A stretch of DNA of 32,000 nt, taken from assembly GCF_018398935.1 (NCBI RefSeq), contig NZ_CP074694.1, forward strand, positions 3,600,001 to 3,632,000. Direction: 5' to 3'. Position numbers and translations under genes: made by a program. The DNA is from Telmatocola sphagniphila (GTDB lineage Bacteria; Planctomycetota; Planctomycetia; Gemmatales; Gemmataceae). Within the stretch, counting starts at the first letter, position 1. Each line of letters opens with the position of its first letter. Of this stretch, positions 17,391-26,574 are shown in pieces. The notes beneath the pieces are model-generated. The model had not been told where the DNA came from. It saw nothing but the letters and a program-made list of their open reading frames with translations, and did no database searches.

Positions 17391-20300
17391 TTAATGCCCT
17401 TCCTTCGGAGGGATCCCGTTGTTCGTGGGCGAACTTGGCGGTCCCGGAACATGATCTTGGTGCGAGTGATGAGCCGACTTTCCCGTAGGCTTGTGGTCCG
17501 GGCTGCTCGTAAGAACTTCCGGTTCCAGTGCCTTTTTCCAAAGTTTATCTTTGCCGAACTGAATGACAAAGAAGAAAACTGGTGTCAAAAAGATCCCCAA
17601 CAAAGTCACACCGGTCATGCCGTAAAACACGGCCGTACCAAGGGAACGCCGCATCTCCGCCCCGGCCCCCTCGGCCACCAGCAATGGTACCACCCCTAGG
17701 ATGAATGCGAAGGAGGTCATGATGATTGGACGCAGCCGGAGCTTGCAAGCTTCTAAAGTCGCCTGGCGATTAGTCGCGCCGGCCTCTTTACGGGCTTTGG
17801 CAAATTCGACGATCAAAATCGCATTTTTACAGGCCAGACCGACGAGAACTACGAAGCCGATCTGCGTGAAAATGTTAATATCCATGCCGTTGAAATTGAT
17901 CCCGGCGGCCGCGAACAGCAGACACATGGGCACTACCAGAATGACTGCGAAAGGCAGAGACCAGCTTTCATATTGCGCGGCGAGCACCAAAAAGGCCAGC
18001 ACCACCGCCAGGATGAATGCTTTCACTGCCGTGTTGGCGGTCTGCAGTTGCAGAAACGCCAGTTCCGTCCATTCCGCTTTCATCGAAGGGGGCAGTTTCT
18101 CGTTCGCCTTCTTCTCGACGACATCGATCACACTTCCGGAGCTGACACCCGGTACCGGAGTGATGGTCAGAATCGCGCAGGGATAAAGGTTGTAGCGCTG
18201 GATCATTACCGGCCCGACTGTCTCCTTGATCGATAGCACGGCCGACAAAGGCACCTTTTGCCCGCTGTCACTGCGGACATTCAAACGCTTGAAATCTTCC
18301 GGTCGCTGGCGAAATTTCCCATCGGCCTGCACATTCACCTGCCAGGTGCGGTCAAACTGATTGAAGTCATTCACGTAGAGTGAGCCAAAGAATACCTGAA
18401 GTGCGTTCACAATCTCCGCTACCGAGACGTTCCTGGTCTTGGCCGCGATACGGTCGATATCGAGGCGCAACCAGGGCGTATCAGCCCGGTAACCACTGAA
18501 AGCATTCTGCACCTGATCCTGAGCCGATTCCACGGTAGCGACGACATCTTTAATGGCATTTTGCAGAGCGGCTGGGCCGAGATTGATCGGGTCCTCGATG
18601 ACCATCGAAAAGCCGCCGGTCGCCCCGAGGCCGTCCACTGGAGGCGCCCCGAAAACGTTGACGATCGCACCCGAAATTTTATCGTTCAATACTTCCTTCA
18701 GAGTCGCCATTATCGCATCGGCGCCGAGGGAAGAGTCTTTGCGTTCCGAGAAAGGTTTGAGCAGCACGTAGAGCGTGCCGAAGTTCGGTGCGTTTGCCCC
18801 AAGCAGAACCGACTGGCCGCTGATGGCCACCGTATGGTCTATACCGGCCATCTGGCGGGCCACATCATCGATTTCTTTCATCAGATCGTCAGTACGTTTC
18901 AGCGACGCCGAATCGGGAAGCTGCACGTTAATCATCAGATAGCCCTTATCCTGATCGGGAATGAATCCGGCAGGAGATTCGTTCAGGGTCTTATATGTGA
19001 GGTAGATCATCCCCCCATAACCGATGAGTACGATAATGCTCAGGCGAAGAACGAGGCCGACGATGCGGATATAAACCCCCGTAACCAGATTGAAGACTTT
19101 GTTAAAGAGAGAGAAGAAAGCCGCCAGGATGTAATTGATCGGTTTGCTGATCGCCCAGGAAAGAATGGCCGCACTTATCAGGATCAGCGAAGGCAGCAAC
19201 CAGCTCATGTAAGGTCGAAGCTGAAGAGGAACTCTTTCCGGATGGTCCGCCAGCCATTGTTGCGCTTCCGGGTAAGCGAATAACCAAGCCAGAACTCCCC
19301 CAACAAGCAGGTAGGATAAGCGTGGCAGCGGTTCGCTCTTTTCTTCCTCCGTTCGTTTGAGAAGCAGCGCACAAAGGGCCGGACTGAGAGTCAACGAGTT
19401 GAATGCGGATAACAGAGTAGAAATCGCAATCGTCACGGCAAACTGCCGGAAGAACTGGCCAATAATCCCGTTAATGAAGATACAAGGGATGAACACGGCC
19501 GCGAGCACCAAACCGACAGCTATAACCGGTCCTGAAACTTCATCCATTGCCTGAATGGTTGCTTCCCGCGGCGACATGCCCTCCTCGATATGATGCTGCA
19601 CGGCCTCGATAACCACGATCGCATCGTCCACCACGATACCGACAGCCAGCACCAAGCCGAACAGCGTGAGGTTATTGATCGAATATCCCAGACCGGCCAT
19701 GGCCGCAAAAGTCCCGACGATCGCAACGGGTACCGCGCAGAGAGGGATGATCGCCGCGCGCCAGCTCTGGAGAAATACCAGCATCACAATGGCCACCAGG
19801 ATCACGGCATCCCGGAGCGTTCTAAAGACTTCATCGACCGATTCGGTAATAAACGGAGTGGTGTCGTAGACGATCGAGTATTCGAGCCCCGTTTCAAATT
19901 TCTTTCGCAACTCGGCCATCTTCTTCTTCACGTCGTTGGCCGTCTGGATCGCATTGGAGCCGGGCAATTGATAAATCGACAGGGCGACGGAAGGCTTGCC
20001 GTCGAGCGTACAGACTTGATCGTAACCCAGAGCGCCGAGTTCCACCCGGGTCGTCACATCCGACATGCGAACGATGCGGCCCTGATCGTCAGTCTTCAAA
20101 ATCATACTGGCGAATTGTTCTTTGGTGACCAGACGTCCCAGGGTGTTGATGGTGTATTGGAAAACTTGGCCATCGGGGGCAGGAGGTTGCCCCACCTGCC
20201 CCGCCGCGACTTGAATGTTCTGCTGGGAGATTGCATTGGTGATGTCGGTAGCGGAGATGTTGCGACTGGACATTTTATCCGGGTCGAGCCAGAGCCGCAT

Positions 20301-20855
20301 GGAGTAGTCGCGCTGGCCGAGATAGGTTATGTCCCCCACTCCGGTGACGCGAGCCAATTCGTCGCGCAGACGAATCGTTGCGTAATTACTCAGGTACAGA
20401 TTATCGCGGGATCCATCTGGACTATAGAGGTTGATGATCATCAACTGGGTAGGCGATTTTTTCTTTACCACAACCCCACGCCGCTTCACGATATCGGGCA
20501 ACACCGGTTGCGCCAGATTGACGCGATTCTGGACCAGCACCTGAGCGATATTCAGATCGGTTTCGGGTTTGAAGGTGACCGTCAGGGTATAGGTGCCATC
20601 GTTCGTCGCCCGGGAAGACATATAAAGCATGTCTTCCACGCCATTCACTTGCTGCTCGATCGGAGCCGCGACTGTATCATCCACTGTCAGCGCATTGGCC
20701 CCGGGGTAGACGGCCGAGACTTCCACAGTGGGAGGCGTAATCTCGGGGTACTGAGCGACCGGCAGCGTCGACAGTGCCACGCTTCCCGCCAGCGTGATGA
20801 TGATGGAAAGCACGGTCGCGAAAATCGGCCGATCGATGAAAAAGCGAACGAACAT
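17391..20855 (-). CDS. RND efflux transporter permease (HAE1-like), downstream paralog
   Basis: About 1154 aa with the AcrB-like hallmarks VLAVGIVVDDAIVVIE (TM4 Asp pair) and VGLACKNAILIVEFAK (TM10 Lys). The ATG at 20855 gives MFVRFFIDRP, identical to the upstream paralog; the track start at 20864 is a GTG. Confidence 0.93.
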   Translation of the reverse strand: MFVRFFIDRPIFATVLSIIITLAGSVALSTLPVAQYPEITPPTVEVSAVYPGANALTVDDTVAAPIEQQVNGVEDMLYMSSRATNDGTYTLTVTFKPETDLNIAQVLVQNRVNLAQPVLPDIVKRRGVVVKKKSPTQLMIINLYSPDGSRDNLYLSNYATIRLRDELARVTGVGDITYLGQRDYSMRLWLDPDKMSSRNISATDITNAISQQNIQVAAGQVGQPPAPDGQVFQYTINTLGRLVTKEQFASMILKTDDQGRIVRMSDVTTRVELGALGYDQVCTLDGKPSVALSIYQLPGSNAIQTANDVKKKMAELRKKFETGLEYSIVYDTTPFITESVDEVFRTLRDAVILVAIVMLVFLQSWRAAIIPLCAVPVAIVGTFAAMAGLGYSINNLTLFGLVLAVGIVVDDAIVVIEAVQHHIEEGMSPREATIQAMDEVSGPVIAVGLVLAAVFIPCIFINGIIGQFFRQFAVTIAISTLLSAFNSLTLSPALCALLLKRTEEEKSEPLPRLSYLLVGGVLAWLFAYPEAQQWLADHPERVPLQLRPYMSWLLPSLILISAAILSWAISKPINYILAAFFSLFNKVFNLVTGVYIRIVGLVLRLSIIVLIGYGGMIYLTYKTLNESPAGFIPDQDKGYLMINVQLPDSASLKRTDDLMKEIDDVARQMAGIDHTVAISGQSVLLGANAPNFGTLYVLLKPFSERKDSSLGADAIMATLKEVLNDKISGAIVNVFGAPPVDGLGATGGFSMVIEDPINLGPAALQNAIKDVVATVESAQDQVQNAFSGYRADTPWLRLDIDRIAAKTRNVSVAEIVNALQVFFGSLYVNDFNQFDRTWQVNVQADGKFRQRPEDFKRLNVRSDSGQKVPLSAVLSIKETVGPVMIQRYNLYPCAILTITPVPGVSSGSVIDVVEKKANEKLPPSMKAEWTELAFLQLQTANTAVKAFILAVVLAFLVLAAQYESWSLPFAVILVVPMCLLFAAAGINFNGMDINIFTQIGFVVLVGLACKNAILIVEFAKARKEAGATNRQATLEACKLRLRPIIMTSFAFILGVVPLLVAEGAGAEMRRSLGTAVFYGMTGVTLLGIFLTPVFFFVIQFGKDKLWKKALEPEVLTSSPDHKPTGKSAHHSHQDHVPGPPSSPTNNGIPPKEGH

Positions 20856-20929
20856 GGGTTGCACCCGATTTTGCGTCCCCGGGGGACTTTAGGAGACTCT
20901 TGGCAATGGATTGGGGCTGGTTATCCGAT

Positions 20930-23900
20930 TCATTTAGGATTTCGCGGATTGAGTTTCACCTTCTTGAACCGCCCGCCAATCCACCGTGCGGTATACCTTG
21001 CGAAATCCAACGAAACTAAAGCGGTCAGCGCGATTGCCAGACTCCGGGTGTAACGATTCCGGAAGCTGAGTTCGCTGAACCAGTCGACGATTACGAAAAA
21101 CACCGGCGTCAGCACGATACCGAACAGCGTTACACCGATCATGCCGCCGAACACGGCTGTCCCCAGAGCTTTGCGCATTTCTGCCCCGGCTCCGGTCGAT
21201 ATCAGCAGCGGCAGCACTCCGAGGATGAAAGCCACGGAAGTCATCAGAATCGGGCGGAAACGCAGGTAACAGGCATCGAGCACGGCTTGCCTTCTCGACT
21301 TACCCCGTTCGCGCGAAAGCTTGGCAAATTCCACGATCAGAATCGCATTTTTGCACGCGAGTCCGACCAGAACCACGAAGCCGACCTGAGTGAAGATGTT
21401 TACATCCTGATTTGCGACATCCACGGCCACCAGGGAGCCGACCACGCAAACCGGTACAACGAGAATTACTGCCAGAGGCAGCATCCAACTCTCATAGAGG
21501 GCTGCTAGTGCCAGGAAGACGAAAATGACGGACAGGCCGAAAATCTTCAGAGCACTACTCGCCGATTTCTGTTCGATGAAGGCAAGTTCCGACCATTCGA
21601 AGGCCATGCTGCCTTGTAATTCCTGATTGGCCAGCGCCGTGAACATCGAATACGCCTCGCCGGTGCTGTAACCCGGGGCCACGTTCCCGTTGATCGGAGC
21701 GGCCGGGTACATGTTGTGTCGGGTGATGACTAGAGGACCGGCCGCCGGCACCACTTTGACCACGGCACCTAATGGGATCATATCGCCGTTGCGATTTCGA
21801 ACTTTGATATGTCCGACATCCTCCACTTTGGATCGGAGTTGTTGCTCCGATTGAACGTTCACCTGCCAGGTTCGGCCGAACAAATTGAAGTCGTTGACGT
21901 ACTGAGCTCCCATGGTTGCCTGAAGGGTGCCGAACACCGAATTGAGATCGAGGCCGCGGGCCATGCAGGCGGTACGATCCACATCCAGGAAGAGCTGCGG
22001 CGAATTCGTGGCATAGACGGTAAACAAACCGGTCAGACCGGGCTGTTGATTTCCTTTGGAAATCATGTTGAGAGTTTCACGCTCCAGAACTTTCGGGCCA
22101 TTGCCTCCGCGATCTTCAATCATCACTCGGAAACCGCCGGCACGGCCCAACCCCGAAACGGGAGGGGCGCCGAAGATGGCAATTTGCGCTTCCGGAATTT
22201 CGGACGTCACACGTTGCCGGAGCCGGGCCATAATGACATCGGCATACAGATCGGGCTTTCCTTTTCGATTGGCAAACTGATCGAGAATGATAAACATGGA
22301 ACCGAAGTTGGACCCGTAGGCACTCAGCACGAACGAGTTGCCCGCCACAGCGTTGACATGCTTCACACCGGGAGTTTCCAGAGCGATTTCGGCAACGCGA
22401 TCGAGGATCTTCTTACTGCGTTCGGCTGCCGAAGAATCGGGCAGTTGTACGCTGGCAATCAGATAGCCTTTATCCTGCATGGGAATAAAGCCCGTCGGCA
22501 AACCCGCTTCCTTGGCAGAAACAAACTTCGGGATGTAACTTTTCGGCAGAAAGCTCGATAAACCTTGCAGTTCCATACCGCCCAGAGCAATCATGCCGCC
22601 GTATAGAAACAGAGCGAGCGCGGGCACTCTAATGGCCGCCGACACGGTACGGACGTAACCAACTCCCAGCTTGTGAAATGCCCAGTTGAAAATTTTGAAA
22701 AACCAGCCGAAGAAAAAATTGATCACGCAGGTGATCGGATCGGGCTTGGAATCCGGAGAGCGTAGCAGCAACGCCGCGAGAGCCGGACTGAGAGTGAGAG
22801 AGTTGAAGGTCGAGATCAGAGTCGAGACGGCGATGGTGATGGCAAACTGCCGGAAGAATTGTCCGACCACACCCGAAAGGAACATACAGGGTACGAAGAC
22901 CGCGGCCAGCACCACGCCGACTGCGATAACCGGCCCGGTCACTTCTTCCATGGCTCGGATGGTCGCCGCTTTGGGGGCAAGGCCGCGCTCAATATGGTGC
23001 TGCACGGCCTCCACCACCACAATGGCATCGTCCACGACGATCCCGACCGCGAGAACCAAACCAAATAGGGTGAGGTTATTCAAGGAGTAGCCGAATAACC
23101 ACATCGCTCCGAAGGTACCGATAATGGCCACGGGCACAGCCGCCAGCGGAATGATCGATGCCCGCCAGCTTTGGAGAAAGACCAGTACTACGATGGCCAC
23201 GAGCAGAATAGCATCGCGCAGGGCTTTGAAAACTTCGTTGATGGATTCGCGAATGAAAGGCGTTGTATCGTAACCGATTTCATAAATCATGCCCTCCGGG
23301 AAGTCCTTGGCCATCCGCTCCATGGCTTCTTTAACGAGATCCCCGGTTTCCAGAGCATTCGCCCCCGTTAAGAGGAATACCGCCAGGCCGATGGTCTGCT
23401 TGTGATCGAAAGTATTCGAAACATCCTCGTTTTTCGCGCCCAATTCCAAGCGAGCCACATCGCGAAGTTTGACGACTTTACCCTCTGAAGTGGCCTTAAT
23501 GATTACTTCGCCGAATTGTTCGGGCGTCTTTAACCGACCGAGTGTGCTCAGGGTCAATTGGGTCGTTTGCAGGCCGGGATTTGGAGGCTGACCGATCTGT
23601 CCCGCCGCGACCTGGGCATTCTGTTCCTGCAGAGCATTCACGACATCAATCGCGGTCAGATTTCGACTGGCCAACTTGTCGTTATCGATCCAGACCCGCA
23701 TCGCATAGTCGCGCTGGCCAAAGAGCGTCACATCGCTGATGCCCGGTAAGCGGGCCAGTTCGTCCTTGATGCGGATAAAGGCGTAATTACTGAGATAAAG
23801 CTGGTTATAGCTCTGATCGGGGGAGTTCAGGCTTACCGTCAGAAGAATTTCGGGCGAACGCTTACGCGTCGTTACCCCGGTCGCTTTCACGACATCCGGG

Positions 23901-24256
23901 AGATTGGGAAGTGCCAGATTGACCCGATTTTGGACCAGAACTTGGGCAAAATTCAACCGCGTGCCAATATCGAAAGTGACCGTACAGGTATAGGACCCAT
24001 CCGAAGTGGATTGCGAAGTCATATACAGCATGCGTTCAACGCCGTTGACCTGCTGTTCGATGGGGGCGGCAATCGTTTCCGCAACGACCTGGGCGCTCGC
24101 TCCCGGATAGTTGCAATCGATCTGAATCGTCGGCGGGGTAACGGGGGGATATTGCGAAAGAGGCAATGTCGGTACCGCGAGCGCCCCGGCGATAGAGATG
24201 ACTATCGACAACACCGTCGCGAATATCGGCCTATCTATGAAAAAGCGAACGAACAT
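20930..24256 (-). CDS. RND efflux transporter permease (HAE1-like), upstream paralog
   Basis: 1108 aa carrying the same TM4 and TM10 motifs, with large periplasmic loops after TM1 and TM7. Confidence 0.93.
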   Translation of the reverse strand: MFVRFFIDRPIFATVLSIVISIAGALAVPTLPLSQYPPVTPPTIQIDCNYPGASAQVVAETIAAPIEQQVNGVERMLYMTSQSTSDGSYTCTVTFDIGTRLNFAQVLVQNRVNLALPNLPDVVKATGVTTRKRSPEILLTVSLNSPDQSYNQLYLSNYAFIRIKDELARLPGISDVTLFGQRDYAMRVWIDNDKLASRNLTAIDVVNALQEQNAQVAAGQIGQPPNPGLQTTQLTLSTLGRLKTPEQFGEVIIKATSEGKVVKLRDVARLELGAKNEDVSNTFDHKQTIGLAVFLLTGANALETGDLVKEAMERMAKDFPEGMIYEIGYDTTPFIRESINEVFKALRDAILLVAIVVLVFLQSWRASIIPLAAVPVAIIGTFGAMWLFGYSLNNLTLFGLVLAVGIVVDDAIVVVEAVQHHIERGLAPKAATIRAMEEVTGPVIAVGVVLAAVFVPCMFLSGVVGQFFRQFAITIAVSTLISTFNSLTLSPALAALLLRSPDSKPDPITCVINFFFGWFFKIFNWAFHKLGVGYVRTVSAAIRVPALALFLYGGMIALGGMELQGLSSFLPKSYIPKFVSAKEAGLPTGFIPMQDKGYLIASVQLPDSSAAERSKKILDRVAEIALETPGVKHVNAVAGNSFVLSAYGSNFGSMFIILDQFANRKGKPDLYADVIMARLRQRVTSEIPEAQIAIFGAPPVSGLGRAGGFRVMIEDRGGNGPKVLERETLNMISKGNQQPGLTGLFTVYATNSPQLFLDVDRTACMARGLDLNSVFGTLQATMGAQYVNDFNLFGRTWQVNVQSEQQLRSKVEDVGHIKVRNRNGDMIPLGAVVKVVPAAGPLVITRHNMYPAAPINGNVAPGYSTGEAYSMFTALANQELQGSMAFEWSELAFIEQKSASSALKIFGLSVIFVFLALAALYESWMLPLAVILVVPVCVVGSLVAVDVANQDVNIFTQVGFVVLVGLACKNAILIVEFAKLSRERGKSRRQAVLDACYLRFRPILMTSVAFILGVLPLLISTGAGAEMRKALGTAVFGGMIGVTLFGIVLTPVFFVIVDWFSELSFRNRYTRSLAIALTALVSLDFARYTARWIGGRFKKVKLNPRNPK

Positions 24257-24298
24257 TTCGGCAACACCGGCTCGGTAAGAGATCGTGGAAACAAAGAA

Positions 24299-25624
24299 CT
24301 ATTTCTTGGCACTTTCTCCAGATTTGTTCTCGGTCGTCCCGGTCTTGGCGGAAGTTTTCTGTTCTTCGAGTTGCTTCGCTGCTTCTTTCTTTGCCTCGGC
24401 CGCTTTCTGTTCCGCGATTCGGGCTTCCTCTTCCGTCTTCGGATTGACCTTCGCTCCCGGTCGAACACGCTGTAAGCCACGGACAATCACTCGCTCATTT
24501 AATTCCAAACCTTTTTCAATGACTCGGTAGCCTTCGATCTGCATCCCGGTGGTAACCCGGCGATATACCACTTCATTCTCGGCGTTGACTACGAAGACGT
24601 AGCGTTCCCCCTGATCCGAGGCCAAGGCCGCTTCCGGAATCAATATGGCATTTTTTTCGTTACCGATCGGCAGTCGGACCCTCACGAAAAGACCCGGTGA
24701 AAGAAGAAAGTCCGGATTCTTACGGGGGAATTTCGGATCGACTGGTTTCCGCGGGTTCCGGAGTTTAGCCCGGACGCGTAAGGTTCCCGTACTCTGATCG
24801 ATCTTGTTATCGGAGAAATCGATCATACCTTTCAGCGAAAAATCGTCTTCGTCGGCCAGGCCGATCTGCACTTCAATTCCCAGTTCCTGGTTGGAGGCTT
24901 TGCTTCGCTCGGCCAGTTCACGGGAGGATAAGATCTCACCTTTTTGCATCAATCGACGAATTTTCAGTACCGTGCGTTCATCCACGTCGAAACTCACGTA
25001 GATGGGATCGAGTTCCACAAGTGACGTCAGTATCGTGTCATTCGCTTTGACGATGTTTCCGGGATCGACATTTCGGCGACTGATGCGCCCGTCGAATCGC
25101 GCTCGAATTTGAGTGTAGTCAAGATTGGTTTCCGCTAGCTTTCGATTGGCTATAGCCGCCTCATAAGCCGCGGCGGCCTCCAGTTTATCGCTCGCGTAGC
25201 GATCGACGTCTTCCCGGCTGATTGCAGGAGATCCAGCCAATTTTGAAACCCGCTCGTAATCCCGCGTCACGCGATCGAGGTGGGCTTTGGCCTGGTTTTC
25301 CGTCGCTCGCGTCTGTTCGAGCGTGGCGGCGTAGGTTCTGGGATCGATTTCAAAAAGCAGCGTTCCCTTTGCCACGTCCTCGCCGTCTTTGAAATTAACC
25401 TTATCCAGGTATCCGGTCACCTGTGCCCGAATATCTACCGAGTTCACCGGATCGGTATGACCCGTAAAATCCTCATGATCGACCACCATCTTCGTAAAAG
25501 GTTTGGTGACAATGACTTCTGCAGGTTTAGTGGCCGCCAGTGGTGGAGGAGCTTTGGTACAGCCGATCATGCCGACTGTTAAAGCGGTGAAACCGGATAA
25601 GAGCCGTGCAACACGGAGTTTCAT
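24299..25624 (-). CDS. RND efflux periplasmic adaptor (membrane fusion protein), lipoprotein-type
   Basis: 441 aa with a signal and Cys (LTVGMIGCTK), a coiled-coil hairpin region, barrel domains typical of the HlyD/AcrA family, and a Lys/Glu/Ala-rich C-terminal tail. It lies 42 nt upstream of the first RND gene. Confidence 0.9.
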   Translation of the reverse strand: MKLRVARLLSGFTALTVGMIGCTKAPPPLAATKPAEVIVTKPFTKMVVDHEDFTGHTDPVNSVDIRAQVTGYLDKVNFKDGEDVAKGTLLFEIDPRTYAATLEQTRATENQAKAHLDRVTRDYERVSKLAGSPAISREDVDRYASDKLEAAAAYEAAIANRKLAETNLDYTQIRARFDGRISRRNVDPGNIVKANDTILTSLVELDPIYVSFDVDERTVLKIRRLMQKGEILSSRELAERSKASNQELGIEVQIGLADEDDFSLKGMIDFSDNKIDQSTGTLRVRAKLRNPRKPVDPKFPRKNPDFLLSPGLFVRVRLPIGNEKNAILIPEAALASDQGERYVFVVNAENEVVYRRVTTGMQIEGYRVIEKGLELNERVIVRGLQRVRPGAKVNPKTEEEARIAEQKAAEAKKEAAKQLEEQKTSAKTGTTENKSGESAKK

Positions 25625-25869
25625 GAATGAAATTCCCGAGGCTGTAAAAGGAATAATGGTGGGAGTTTACCTCCCGGAAGGACGCTATAGAATTACCGCA
25701 ACTTCGCACCAACTCTTACATTGAAGTAAATTTCATCTTGCGAAGCTAAGCCATAGCTTACCGAGGGAAAATACCGCTATGGGGGCGAGAAAGGCAAAAA
25801 CCAGATTGGGCGAAATTGACTGTCGGAGAGAGGAACCGGCGGGCGAACAAACAAACGAATACCGGCCGC

Positions 25870-26547
25870 TTAGACCGGATCTACCTGCCAATATTCCACG
25901 TCGACATCCACCGGTCGACCCCAGATCGAGAGCACGACTTTGACTTTGGGATTTTCCTTGGAATCGCGCGGTTCGATGATTTCTTTCACTTCACCTTCCA
26001 TACCGGCAAAAGTGCCATCCCGGACCTTGACGCGATCGTTGACACCATAAGGAATCTTGATTTTGCCGCCTTTGGTGATGCCGGCGGCGTCCTTGATTTC
26101 CTCATCGACCTCGTCGCCCATCATTTTCTGGACGTCCATGGCCGACATCGGAACCGGTGCCCGGTGCAGGCTGCCACCGAGAAAATCGCCCACGCCCGCC
26201 GTATCGCGGAAAAGCATCAGAATGTTTTCGTTGAACTCGACTTCGGCCATCAGATATCCGGCCAGCTTTTTGCGATGCTTGGTGATGCGTTTGCCGTTAC
26301 GAACTTCTGTGTATTTTTCGGTGGGGATGTAGATACGGCCAAAGTATTCTTCGAGGCCATCCATTTTCACTCGCCGTTCGATGGCGGCTTTAATGGAGTC
26401 TTCCCGACCCGATTGGACCTTCACCACGTACCAGTTCTTTTTGGATGCGGCCGCGGCGGGATCCACGGCTGTGGCCGTGGCCGGAGCAGCAGATTGCGGT
26501 TCCGCATTCTCCGGAAGTGCTTCGGTCGGTTCGGTAGGTTCACTCAT
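25870..26547 (-). CDS. nusG: transcription termination/antitermination factor NusG
   Basis: NGN domain (WYVVKVQSGREDSIK), KOW motif (DRVKVRDGTFAGMEGEV) and an acidic Pro/Ala-rich N-terminal extension of about 37 aa. It lies directly downstream of secE. Confidence 0.93.
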   Translation of the reverse strand: MSEPTEPTEALPENAEPQSAAPATATAVDPAAAASKKNWYVVKVQSGREDSIKAAIERRVKMDGLEEYFGRIYIPTEKYTEVRNGKRITKHRKKLAGYLMAEVEFNENILMLFRDTAGVGDFLGGSLHRAPVPMSAMDVQKMMGDEVDEEIKDAAGITKGGKIKIPYGVNDRVKVRDGTFAGMEGEVKEIIEPRDSKENPKVKVVLSIWGRPVDVDVEYWQVDPV

Positions 26548-26574
26548 GGATGGGATTCACAACAGGCTGTTAAA

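Noticed and set aside
17387-17569. N-terminal 61-codon extension of the DUF2891 ORF, which would overlap the RND gene 3' end by about 180 nt
   Set aside because: The extension is basic and low-complexity. The internal ATG at 17386 yields a canonical signal peptide and leaves a 4-nt gap to the RND stop, so the shorter model is far more plausible.
20875-20887. GTCCCCGGGGGAC palindrome between the two RND genes
   Set aside because: It can form only a stem of about 5 bp with a minimal loop, which is too weak for a terminator. A short GC palindrome like this is expected by chance at this GC content.
19590-21053. 487-aa plus-strand ORF across the junction of the two RND genes
   Set aside because: It is antisense to both RND pump genes, with a His/Arg/Asp/Gly-rich nonsense-like composition. 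The RND reading frames carry full-length conserved motifs.
24235-24530. Arg/Lys-rich 83-aa minus ORF and an 81-aa plus ORF at the adaptor gene 3' end
   Set aside because: They are alternative frames of the repetitive GAA/AAG/GCC-rich region that encodes the adaptor's Lys/Glu/Ala tail. Low-complexity repeats keep several frames open by chance.
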